Origin: a virus
Taxonomy: Duplodnaviria; Heunggongvirae; Uroviricota; Caudoviricetes
Length of the DNA stretch: 24,208 nucleotides
Virus record (IMG/VR): IMGVR_UViG_2529292882_000005
Span: 1 to 24,208 of that record
Strand: one strand, 5' to 3'
Positions 1-6,852 of the stretch are shown piece after piece (positions within the stretch are counted from its first letter, which is position 1; every line of letters begins with the position of its first letter). The translations under genes were made by a program, and so were the position numbers. The notes under the pieces are model-generated. The model was not told the DNA's origin and searched no databases. It worked only from the letters and a program-made list of their open reading frames with translations.

Positions 1-325
1 TACGCTCACAGTATTCTTCCCAGAGTAGCTGCAGCGTCACGCATTTATTACGCAGTTCCCGGTGTACTGTAGCCCAGTCAGGCAGAGAGTGCTTCTTCAT
101 CTTAACCTGGGTCTGAAGGAACGCATGTTTTAGTTTTGTATCATCCCATCCTGTAGGTAAGGGCCACTGCTTTATGCCAAGTTGAGCCGCCCGATTAGCA
201 TATCTGGATACAACGGAAGGGGAGATTGCAAGACTACGACCAATTTGTCGATGGCTGAGTCCAACACCGTATTTAAGCCTAAGAATTTCTTTAAGTTTTC
301 TCATAGAAATTGGAACTGTTGGCAT
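1..325 (-). CDS. istA: IS21-family transposase IstA, N-terminal portion (gene continues beyond the left window edge)
   Basis: Minus-strand translation from ATG at 325 (alternative in-frame ATG at 304) reads MPTVPISMRKLKEILRLKYGVGLSHRQIGRSLAISPSVVSRYANRAAQLGIKQWPLPTGWDD...HRELRNKCVTLQLLWEEYCER with no stop before position 1. The HTH-like N-terminus and the VTLQLLWEEY segment match my memory of IS21-family IstA proteins. Absent from the ORF track because it is open at the window edge. Confidence 0.75.
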   Translation of the reverse strand, partial: MPTVPISMRKLKEILRLKYGVGLSHRQIGRSLAISPSVVSRYANRAAQLGIKQWPLPTGWDDTKLKHAFLQTQVKMKKHSLPDWATVHRELRNKCVTLQLLWEEYCER

Positions 326-390
326 AGGTATCCTTTACCGGAATGGCAAAAGATACAGATCAACACACCTGTGAAGTTCCAATAACATTG

Positions 391-500
391 ATGGAGATCA
401 CTGAATAACAAAATGAGTCAAAAGTGATCTCCATCGATGTTATTCAGCGATCTGTTCAAATGTTATTACCCGATCTCGATGGAAGTTATTGAGTGATCTC
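391..500. repeat. IS terminal sub-repeats (GGAGATCA / TGATCTCC with CTGAATAA / TTATTCAG motifs, about three copies in both orientations)
   Basis: Seen directly: atggagatcactgaataacaa (391-411), agtgatctccatcgatgttattcagcg (about 424-450), cgatctcgatggaagttattgagtgatctcc (about 470-500). Interpreted as transposase-binding repeats of the IS end. Confidence 0.55.
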
Positions 501-640
501 CTTTCATGAAAATACGCAGTGGTCACTTATGCGGATATCAGGGCGAAACAAGCCGAAATTCTGAAAGCTGAGCAGGAATACATTCAGCGGTTGCGGGAAC
601 AGCCAAAAGGCTGGTCAGTGTTTATGAAGACTCACTGGAA

Positions 641-1021
641 TTGCCAGCTTCACAGTGGCGCGATATTAACGGCAAAGAACGTCCGTATGTTTATATTTTG
701 TGGAATGGGCACAATACAAAACCTGAGGATTTGCGAGTAGAGCTTCAGGATGGTGTCGCATTTGATTTGTGGACTGTCGTTGATGATAACCCTCGTCAGT
801 CTGCAAGCGTGAAGGTTGCGGTAAAGATTGTGTTGCTTGATGGCGATAACATAACGATTTCGGTTAATGGTTATCAGGTCAGAACATTTTCGCACGTAGA
901 TTCGCACGCAAAATTTAACGAGGTATGCGAGTTCATCAAAGACAGTATTTTAATGTCGATGAATGATGTGAAATTTGGCAAAGCATCTCTTCCGAAGATA
1001 GAGGGCTGGAGCCGAAAATAG
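641..1021 (+). CDS. hypothetical protein (126 aa as listed), AT-rich, start codon uncertain (TTG at 641, no ATG, no clear SD); possibly a disrupted gene
   Basis: ORF-track entry 641..1021. The frame is open from 572, and the overlapping ORF 519..740 is in another frame, suggesting a frameshifted or IS-truncated gene. Lower GC than neighbouring phage genes (eyeball estimate). Clean intrinsic terminator directly downstream. No family recognised. Confidence 0.4.
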   Translation: MPASQWRDINGKERPYVYILWNGHNTKPEDLRVELQDGVAFDLWTVVDDNPRQSASVKVAVKIVLLDGDNITISVNGYQVRTFSHVDSHAKFNEVCEFIKDSILMSMNDVKFGKASLPKIEGWSRK

Positions 1022-1043
1022 TTCGAAAATCTCTGAATCACCA

Positions 1044-1070
1044 GGCTACGCATTTGCGTGGCCTTTTTTG
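1044..1070 (+). terminator. rho-independent terminator after ORF 641-1021
   Basis: ggctacgc-attt-gcgtggcc hairpin (8 bp with one G-U wobble) followed by tttttt (1064-1069). Confidence 0.7.
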
Positions 1071-1205
1071 TATCCGCGCCACGCCCGGCGCACATCAAAA
1101 ACCACAGAGCCTTTCAGGGGTGAGCTTACGGGATGGTCAGTGTGACTTTCTCTGTGGGCTGGTCACCCCCGGGCGCAGGCTCACCCACTAAAAGGAAAAG
1201 TCACG

Positions 1206-1631
1206 ATGTTTGGTATTTTCAAAAAGAAAACCCGCAAGGCCATTACTGAAGTAAAGAAAATGGAGAACCGCGACGCAGTGGAGGCGACCGTCTGGGGTGC
1301 GTATTCCATCGCATTCGCCGACGGCACCTGTGATGCGAAAGAAATCGCGGTGCTGGAGAAAACCATTGCAGCACTTCCTGCTTTTGCGCCGTTCTCCGGT
1401 GAGATTGCACAAATGAGTGCAAATATCCGCGCCCGTTATGAAGCGTCGCCGCGTTCTGCCAATGCCGAAGCTCTTCGTCAGCTGGCTGATGTTGCCGGTA
1501 CTGATGATGCAGTTAATGTGCTGTGCCTGTGTCTGGATATCGCTGACCAGGATGGCATTGGTCCGGATGAAGAAGCACAGCTCAAGAAAATTGCTCAGGC
1601 GCTGCAGTTGCCGCTGGAGCAGTACCTGTGA
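1206..1631 (+). CDS. TerB-like (tellurite-resistance TerB family) domain protein, 141 aa
   Basis: ATG at 1206 preceded by aaaaggaaaag SD-like sequence. Two copies of the A-x-ADG...E...L...I..AL pattern (SIAFADGTCDAKEIAVLEKTIAAL and LCLDIADQDGIGPDEEAQLKKIAQALQL) typical of TerB domains as I recall them. E. coli-like codon usage. Confidence 0.55.
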   Translation: MFGIFKKKTRKAITEVKKMENRDAVEATVWGAYSIAFADGTCDAKEIAVLEKTIAALPAFAPFSGEIAQMSANIRARYEASPRSANAEALRQLADVAGTDDAVNVLCLCLDIADQDGIGPDEEAQLKKIAQALQLPLEQYL

Positions 1632-1780
1632 AAAGTGCGCGCCTTGTGTTGGCTGCCATCCTGCTGTTTCTGGTGGTGGCGGTGGATTTCACCGGACGGC
1701 TGATGTCGGTGCTGGCAGATGGTGTGCTGGTGGCGATGGCGCTGGTTGTGCTCCGGCCTTTACTGCGCAAATCTGAATAA
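1628..1780 (+). CDS. small hydrophobic protein, 50 aa, two predicted TM segments (V/M-KSARLVLAAILLFLVVAVDFTGRLMSVLADGVLVAMALVVLRPLLRKSE)
   Basis: GTG start overlaps the TerB-like stop codon (GTGA at 1628-1631), suggesting translational coupling. Strong G/C third-position bias (CTG, GTG, GCG codons). Below the 60-aa cut-off of the ORF track. The overlapping listed ORF 1417..1776 is judged spurious. Confidence 0.4.
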   Translation: MKSARLVLAAILLFLVVAVDFTGRLMSVLADGVLVAMALVVLRPLLRKSE

Positions 1781-1828
1781 CATCACACAAAAGGCATCTG
1801 CGGGTGCCTTTGACGGGGTGTTTTTTAC

Positions 1829-1853
1829 GGGCCGCTGGTGGCCCTTTTTTATT
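1829..1853 (+). terminator. intrinsic terminator immediately upstream of the lysis cassette (possibly preceded by a second hairpin at 1791-1826)
   Basis: gggcc-gctggt-ggccc stem-loop followed by tttttt attt. An upstream hairpin aaggc...gcctt is followed by ggggtgtttttt. Confidence 0.55.
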
Positions 1854-1870
1854 TACAGGAGAAAAAAAGT

Positions 1871-2263
1871 ATGTCTGAACCCTTATCCGGTTCCGGCACG
1901 GCTGCGGCGCTCGGCGGGGCGACGGTATTCGGGCTGTTTACCGGAACGGATTTCGGGATTGTGTTTGGTGCGTTCGCCGGGGCGTTATTTGTGGCAACAA
2001 TTCCGCAGGCGCTTTCAGCCTGGCGTGTGGCAGCGCATTTTCTGGTGTCGTTCATTATCGGCGTGCTGGGGGCAGAGGTTCTGGCATCCTGGCTGGTAAA
2101 GCACACAGGGTTTGACGGTGCACCTGTCGACGCACTGTGTGCAGTACTGGTGTCAGTGGTGTCGGTGAAGATTCTCTCGTTCATCCACCAGCAGGATATT
2201 GCATCACTGGTGTCCGGCCTGTTCTCCCGCCTGCGGGGTGGAGGAGGCGGCAATGTTAAGTAA
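1871..2263 (+). CDS. putative holin (multi-TM, glycine-rich membrane protein, about 130 aa)
   Basis: ATG at 1871 with aggag SD 8-12 nt upstream. About four hydrophobic segments. First gene of a block ending in an endolysin. Stop overlaps the next start (ATGTTAAGTAA). Confidence 0.55.
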   Translation: MSEPLSGSGTAAALGGATVFGLFTGTDFGIVFGAFAGALFVATIPQALSAWRVAAHFLVSFIIGVLGAEVLASWLVKHTGFDGAPVDALCAVLVSVVSVKILSFIHQQDIASLVSGLFSRLRGGGGGNVK

Positions 2264-2528
2264 CCTTCCCGGATTACTGAATGTGGCGTTATGCACGGTT
2301 ATCGTGCTGACGCTCTTTTTTTATCGTCGTCGTGACTCCAGACACAAACCGCTGATGTCATGGCTGGCCTGGCTGCTGATGCTGCTTTATGCCTTTGCGC
2401 CCCTCAGCTATCTGTGTGGTCGCCCGTTAGCGGCGAACTGGCTGGCGGTGGGGCTTAATCTGCTGTTCTGCGTGCTGGTGATACGTGCACGCGGGAACGT
2501 TTCAAAAATTCTTTCATTCCGGAGGTGA
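2253..2528 (+). CDS. membrane protein, holin/antiholin-like (91 aa)
   Basis: ATG at 2253 preceded by ggaggaggcgg. Hydrophobic segments with basic loops (FFYRRRDSRHK). Sits between the putative holin and the endolysin. Confidence 0.5.
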   Translation: MLSNLPGLLNVALCTVIVLTLFFYRRRDSRHKPLMSWLAWLLMLLYAFAPLSYLCGRPLAANWLAVGLNLLFCVLVIRARGNVSKILSFRR

Positions 2529-2530
2529 GT

Positions 2531-2908
2531 ATGTCGGGTAAATTCAGATTCAGCCGTCGCAGTGAAAAAAATCTGGAGGGCGTTAAACCACAGCTGGTTG
2601 CTGTAGTTCGCCGTGCGCTGGAGCTGACGGAGGTTGATTTCGGTATTACGGAAGGGCTGCGCACGAAAGAACGCCAGAAACAGCTGGTTGCAGAAGGTAA
2701 GAGCCGGACCATGAACAGCCGCCACCTGACCGGTGATGCGGTGGATGTTGTGGCCTACATTGGCAGCCAGGTGTCATGGGACTGGCCTCTGTACGAGAAA
2801 ATCGCGCAGGCATTTAAGCAGGCTGCCGCAGAGCTGGGAACTGCCATCGAATGGGGCGGGGACTGGAAAACACTGAAAGACGGGCCTCACTTTCAGTTGA
2901 AACGCTGA
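2531..2908 (+). CDS. endolysin, peptidase M15 family (L-alanyl-D-glutamate endopeptidase type)
   Basis: ATG at 2531 with ggagg SD (GTG at 2525 is the track start). Zn-ligand pattern SRH...GDAVD...GGDW...DGPHFQ typical of M15 phage endolysins. Confidence 0.85.
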   Translation: MSGKFRFSRRSEKNLEGVKPQLVAVVRRALELTEVDFGITEGLRTKERQKQLVAEGKSRTMNSRHLTGDAVDVVAYIGSQVSWDWPLYEKIAQAFKQAAAELGTAIEWGGDWKTLKDGPHFQLKR

Positions 2909-2922
2909 TAACCAGGTGTGTT

Positions 2923-3105
2923 ATGAGCAGAAAACACTGGACACACAGAATGCCGCGAACGGCGGCGAAATGGGCACTGGTAGTGATACTGGTGCCTTTT
3001 TTATTGGTGGGATGCGTCAGCCTGGATAAGGCGCGCCAGCTTTTCGATACGGCTTCTCAGGTCTGCCAGCTTATCGATGGCGTTCGGCAGTGTCTGCAGA
3101 ACTGA
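2923..3105 (+). CDS. small lipoprotein (signal peptide with LVGC lipobox), possible o-spanin-like lysis accessory protein
   Basis: ATG at 2923. Sequence MSRKHWTHRMPRTAAKWALVVILVPFLLVGC followed by a short soluble tail containing two Cys. Immediately downstream of the endolysin. No partner i-spanin ORF detected. Confidence 0.5.
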   Translation: MSRKHWTHRMPRTAAKWALVVILVPFLLVGCVSLDKARQLFDTASQVCQLIDGVRQCLQN

Positions 3106-3276
3106 TCGCCTGTAAGAGCAGAATATTTTGCTGAAAAATGAAGGGTGCGCCAGCGTCCGGAAAGCATGAAATTCTGTGTTTGTGGCTACTCAATAAAATA
3201 AATTCTTTCTGTCGCCGCGAATACTCAAATGTTGATCAGTGCCCGGTGCGGCGACGGGCTTCGATATCAGGAGACG

Positions 3277-3576
3277 ATGATGGAAAAAACAGAAAACAAA
3301 CCGATTGTAATTGGTGCTGATGCTGCTCCGTTTAAGTTTGAGTTGTCTCAACTGGTGGAGATGCGCATCAGTGATGAATGGGGTGAGGTTAAAGCCCGCG
3401 CGCAGTATGCGTATGGCGAAAACCAGTACTTGATCCACTACAAAGCAGCTGATGGTCGCGCCACGACGGAGTGGTTTGGTGAGTCAATGCTGGAAGCAAC
3501 AGAAGATGATCGCCATCCGGGCTGTCCGGTATTTGCCGGTATGAAATTACCGGAAGGCGCAGTTGTTACTGAGTAA
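3277..3576 (+). CDS. hypothetical protein (about 98-99 aa), acidic, no TM segment
   Basis: ATG at 3277 or 3280, with aggaga SD at 3269-3274 favouring 3280. Uninterrupted frame. No family recognised. Confidence 0.5.
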   Translation: MMEKTENKPIVIGADAAPFKFELSQLVEMRISDEWGEVKARAQYAYGENQYLIHYKAADGRATTEWFGESMLEATEDDRHPGCPVFAGMKLPEGAVVTE

Positions 3577-3587
3577 CAGGCATTACA

Positions 3588-3624
3588 GCAGCCCTTCAGT
3601 GAGGGGCTGCGATAATGCTTGTTG
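3588..3624 (+). terminator. hairpin, possible weak terminator after ORF 3277-3576
   Basis: gcagccc-ttcagtgag-gggctgc (7-bp stem) followed by a moderately T-rich stretch (gataatgcttgttg); no strong U tract. Confidence 0.35.
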
Positions 3625-3631
3625 TAATTAG

Positions 3632-3667
3632 TTAATAAGAAATGAAAATGCGCCCTGACAAGGGCGC
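3632..3667 (-). terminator. rho-independent terminator for minus-strand ORF 3675-3872
   Basis: On the minus strand: GCGCCCT-tgtc-AGGGCGC hairpin followed by auuuucauuucuuauu, beginning 8 nt after the ORF stop. Confidence 0.55.
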
Positions 3668-3674
3668 AAAGGCA

Positions 3675-3872
3675 TTACGGATATGGATCTTCTTTTGCAT
3701 CACCCTGGCCGCTTAAAGCAGTCCATGAGTTTTTCGTATGCTCCTTAACGTTTCTGTTTGGGCAAGGTGGGAGGGATGTATTGGAGGATTTTGTAAAAGT
3801 GTATCCGCAATCATCACAGGAGTACGTCCCAGAAGATGTATCACTTCCATATGGAATGCCTGTTTTTTTCAT
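3675..3872 (-). CDS. small hypothetical protein (65 aa, Ser/Thr-rich, Cys motif CDDC...PPCP), moron-like
   Basis: ATG at 3872 with AGGA 7 nt upstream on the minus strand. Own terminator downstream. Lies in an AT-rich stretch (eyeball) between the lysis genes and cos, the position occupied by bor in lambda. Confidence 0.4.
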   Translation of the reverse strand: MKKTGIPYGSDTSSGTYSCDDCGYTFTKSSNTSLPPCPNRNVKEHTKNSWTALSGQGDAKEDPYP

Positions 3873-3978
3873 AAAAATATCCTGATTAAAACATCACAAC
3901 ATTGTGACCATACGAACATTGTGGTTTTGTGCGCGTATTTCAATATTGCTTTATTGATATGTGTGTGATTTACCTCAC

Positions 3979-4200
3979 GTTTTACGGGTCCTTTCCAGAA
4001 TCTGAAACACCGAGGGTCATAGCACGCGCAAAAACGCGCTATTTATGAAAATTTTTCAGGAAAAAGCATGTCGGTACTTCTCGCGCATAACTATTTGTTT
4101 TTTCTGACATCACATCAGTAAAAGGTCCGACATGAAAACACCCGAAAAAGGGCATTTTAAGCGTTTTCATGTCGGACCCTGTATTTGATAGAGAAATGTA
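3979..4200 (+). other. cos packaging site (cosQ-like, cosN region, cosB with three R-type repeats and an AT-rich IHF-like spacer)
   Basis: ttttacgggtcctttcc (3979-3995) and cgctatttatgaaaattttt (4037-4056) closely match the sequences flanking lambda cosN as I remember them. Three copies of CATGTCGGNNC at 4068-4078 (+), 4124-4134 (inverted) and 4168-4178 (+). Lies directly upstream of the Nu1-like gene. Confidence 0.7.
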
Positions 4201-4202
4201 TT

Positions 4203-4751
4203 GTGAAAGTTAACAAAAAGAAACTTGCTGAAATTTTCAACGTGGATCCGCGAACGATTGAACGCTGGCAGTCTCAGGGGCTATCTTGCGTCTCCGGAGG
4301 TAGCAAGGGTGTTGAATCGGTGTTTGATACCGCGATGGCAATTCAGTGGTACGCGCAGAGAGAAACTGATATCGAAAACGAAAAGCTCCGCAAAGAACTG
4401 GAAGATTTGCGTGCGGCTGCAGAATCAGATTTACAACCCGGCACCATTGACTATGAACGCTACCGGCTCACCAAAGCACAGGCTGACGCACAGGAGCTGA
4501 AAAATGCCCGTGAAGAAGGGCTGGTGCTGGAAACGGAATTGTTTACCTTCATTCTGCAACGTGTGGCACAGGAGATTTCGGGGATACTTGTACGTGTGCC
4601 GCTGACATTACAGCGTAAATATCCGGATATTTCACCGTCACACCTTGATGTGGTGAAAACTGAAATCGCGAAAGCCTCCAATGTTGCAGCTAAAGCCGGT
4701 GAAAACGTGGGCAGGTGGATAGATGATTTCAGACGCACAGAAGGCAGCTAA
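4203..4751 (+). CDS. nu1: terminase small subunit (lambda Nu1-like)
   Basis: Translation [27 protein letters not shown]...[24 protein letters not shown] matches lambda Nu1 closely. GTG at 4203 aligns with the lambda Nu1 start; the track start TTG at 4185 is the alternative. Confidence 0.9.
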   Translation: MKVNKKKLAEIFNVDPRTIERWQSQGLSCVSGGSKGVESVFDTAMAIQWYAQRETDIENEKLRKELEDLRAAAESDLQPGTIDYERYRLTKAQADAQELKNAREEGLVLETELFTFILQRVAQEISGILVRVPLTLQRKYPDISPSHLDVVKTEIAKASNVAAKAGENVGRWIDDFRRTEGS

Positions 4752-6639
4752 TGCAGCCGGTGCGATAGCTACAGGGCTTTTATCTCTCAATATTCCGGTT
4801 CCACTGACGACGGTTCAGTGGGCTGATCAACATTATTATCTGCCGAAAGAATCTTCATACACTCCCGGACAATGGGAAACCCTGCCGTTTCAGGTTGCCA
4901 TTATGAACAGCATGGGAAATGACCGGATCCGCACCGTTAATCTGATTAAATCGGCGCGCGTTGGTTACACCAAAATGCTGTTGGGGGTGGAGGCTTATTT
5001 TATTGAGCATAAATCCCGTAACAGTCTGCTTTTTCAGCCAACAGATTCTGCGGCAGAAGATTTCATGAAATCTCATGTTGAGCCAACGATCAGGGATGTC
5101 CCTGCATTGCTGGAGCTGGCTCCATGGTTCGGAAGAAAGCACCGCGATAATACACTCACCCTGAAGCGTTTTTCCTCCGGTGTGGGGTTCTGGTGCCTGG
5201 GCGGTGCCGCAGCTAAAAACTACCGTGAAAAATCTGTGGATGTGGTCTGCTATGACGAACTCTCCTCGTTTGAACCGGATGTGGAAAAAGAAGGCTCGCC
5301 GACGCTGCTTGGCGATAAACGTATCGAAGGCTCGGTATGGCCTAAATCCATACGTGGCTCAACGCCGAAAATTAAAGGCTCCTGTCAGATTGAGAAAGCC
5401 GCGAATGAATCTGCGCATTTCATGCGGTTTTATGTCCCTTGCCCTCATTGCGGGGAGGCCCAGTATCTGAAGTTTGGCGATGATGCGACGCCGTCTGGCC
5501 TGAAATGGGAGAAGGGTAAACCGGAAACGGTGTATTACCTGTGTGAACATAATGGCTGTGTGATCCGGCAGTCGGAACTTGACCAGACCGACGGACGCTG
5601 GATTTGTGACAATACCGGGATGTGGACGCGCGACGGCCTGGCATTTTACAGCGCCGGTGATGAGGAGATACCGCCACCGCGCTCAATCACGTACCACGTG
5701 TGGACAGCGTACAGTCCGTTCACCACCTGGGTGCAGATTGTCTACGACTGGCTGGATGCGCTGAAGGATCCGAACGGCGTCAAGACGTTTATTAACACCA
5801 CGCTCGGGGAGCCCTATGAAGAGGCTGTGGCAGAAAAGCTGAGTTTTGAGTTGTTACTGGAAAAGGTCTGCCACTATGGTGCGCAGGTTCCCCTGCGGGT
5901 GGTTTACCTGACCGCAGGGATCGACTCCCAGAAAGATCGCTATGAAATTTATGTCTGGGGCTGGGCTCCCGGCGAAGAAGCCTTTCTGATTGATAAGCAA
6001 ATTATCATGGGGCGACCGGAAGACGAGGACACCCTTAAACGTGTTGATACGGTGATCCGGAAAAAATATCGTCATGCTGACGGTACTGAAATTTCCATTT
6101 CCCGTGTCTGCTGGGATACCGGTGGTATCGACCAGGACATTGTGTATCAGCGTTCAAGGAAACACGGCACTTTTTTTGTGCTTCCCATAAAAGGGGCATC
6201 GGTGTACGGCAAGCCGGTGATCACCATGCCCAAAAAGCGCAACCAGCGTGGTGTGTTTTTGTGTGAGGTGGGCTCAGATACCGTCAAGGAAATGCTGTAC
6301 GCCCGTTTTGCCCTGCCAGTGGTCTCTGCCAGTGAAGCCGCCCCGTACACCTTCCGTTTTCCGGATAACCCCGACATTTTTTCGGAAGAAGAGGCGCGTC
6401 AGATCGTGGCGGAAGAGCTGGTGGAGAAGGTGGTTAATGGCAGGGTGAAACTGCTGTGGGATAAAAAAGGACGACGCAACGAAGCCCTCGACTGCCTGGT
6501 ATATGCCTATGCTGCCCTGCGTATTTCAGTTCAGCGGTGGCAGCTGGATCTTGAAGCACTGGCCCGTGCCAGAAGAGATGAGCAGGACGACGATGAGATG
6601 AGTCTGGAAGAAATCGCGGCTGCACTGAGTGGAGGATAA
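4723..6639 (+). CDS. A: terminase large subunit (lambda gpA-like)
   Basis: 638 aa. [58 protein letters not shown] and [33 protein letters not shown] are near-identical to lambda gpA segments. Start overlaps the Nu1 3' end as in lambda. Confidence 0.95.
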   Translation: MISDAQKAANAAGAIATGLLSLNIPVPLTTVQWADQHYYLPKESSYTPGQWETLPFQVAIMNSMGNDRIRTVNLIKSARVGYTKMLLGVEAYFIEHKSRNSLLFQPTDSAAEDFMKSHVEPTIRDVPALLELAPWFGRKHRDNTLTLKRFSSGVGFWCLGGAAAKNYREKSVDVVCYDELSSFEPDVEKEGSPTLLGDKRIEGSVWPKSIRGSTPKIKGSCQIEKAANESAHFMRFYVPCPHCGEAQYLKFGDDATPSGLKWEKGKPETVYYLCEHNGCVIRQSELDQTDGRWICDNTGMWTRDGLAFYSAGDEEIPPPRSITYHVWTAYSPFTTWVQIVYDWLDALKDPNGVKTFINTTLGEPYEEAVAEKLSFELLLEKVCHYGAQVPLRVVYLTAGIDSQKDRYEIYVWGWAPGEEAFLIDKQIIMGRPEDEDTLKRVDTVIRKKYRHADGTEISISRVCWDTGGIDQDIVYQRSRKHGTFFVLPIKGASVYGKPVITMPKKRNQRGVFLCEVGSDTVKEMLYARFALPVVSASEAAPYTFRFPDNPDIFSEEEARQIVAEELVEKVVNGRVKLLWDKKGRRNEALDCLVYAYAALRISVQRWQLDLEALARARRDEQDDDEMSLEEIAAALSGG

Positions 6640-6642
6640 AGA

Positions 6643-6852
6643 ATGGTTTATACGCATGAAATGCTTTGTGATGCCCGTCGGGCATTACATGAACTGATGA
6701 TCGGACGTGCTGTGGTTTCCGTCAGCAAGGACGGGCGTCAGGTTCAGTATTCGCGGGCGACGATTGGTGAACTGCGTCAGTATATTGAAGAGCTGGAAAG
6801 TGCGCTGGGTGTATCCGGACGGCGTCGCGGCCCGGCAGGAGTGGGGCTGTGA
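6643..6852 (+). CDS. W: head-tail joining protein (lambda gpW-like)
   Basis: 69 aa. ARRALHELMIGRAVVSVSKDGRQVQYSRATIGELRQYIEELE...RRRGPAG resembles lambda gpW. ggagga SD upstream. Confidence 0.9.
   Translation: MVYTHEMLCDARRALHELMIGRAVVSVSKDGRQVQYSRATIGELRQYIEELESALGVSGRRRGPAGVGL

Larger units (their letters stand above)
1..506 (-). mobile_element. IS21-family insertion sequence, left end (partial; right part lies outside the window)
   Basis: Contains the istA 5' coding region followed (325-506) by a non-coding end carrying repeated short motifs typical of multi-repeat IS21-type termini. The boundary near 500-506 (plus-strand CA dinucleotide at 505-506) is approximate. Confidence 0.65.

Noticed and set aside
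182-385. 67-aa plus-strand ORF within the IS region
   Set aside because: Antisense to the istA coding sequence; no supporting signals.
1081-1205. GC-rich segment with nested inverted repeats (ggtgagc ... gctcacc) upstream of the TerB-like gene, considered as a structured RNA or qut-like element
   Set aside because: Repeats are short and irregular; I could not define a convincing promoter, riboswitch or terminator from sequence alone. May simply be a 5' UTR.
1417-1776. 119-aa plus-strand ORF overlapping the TerB-like gene in another frame
   Set aside because: Alternative frame of a better-supported CDS; Cys/Trp/Arg-rich translation typical of an off-frame read.
1838-1870. Possible upstream GTG start for the holin giving a lambda S107-like dual-start antiholin (MALFYLQEKKS extension)
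   Set aside because: The GTG lies inside the terminator stem and has no SD; the ATG at 1871 has a proper SD. Left as an unsupported possibility.
3190-3438. 82-aa minus-strand ORF overlapping ORF 3277-3576
   Set aside because: Antisense to a cleaner plus-strand ORF that has an SD.
3738-3968. 76-aa plus-strand ORF in the AT-rich region before cos
   Set aside because: Overlaps the better-supported minus-strand ORF, with no SD and odd Cys/Ile-rich composition; likely chance ORF in AT-rich DNA.
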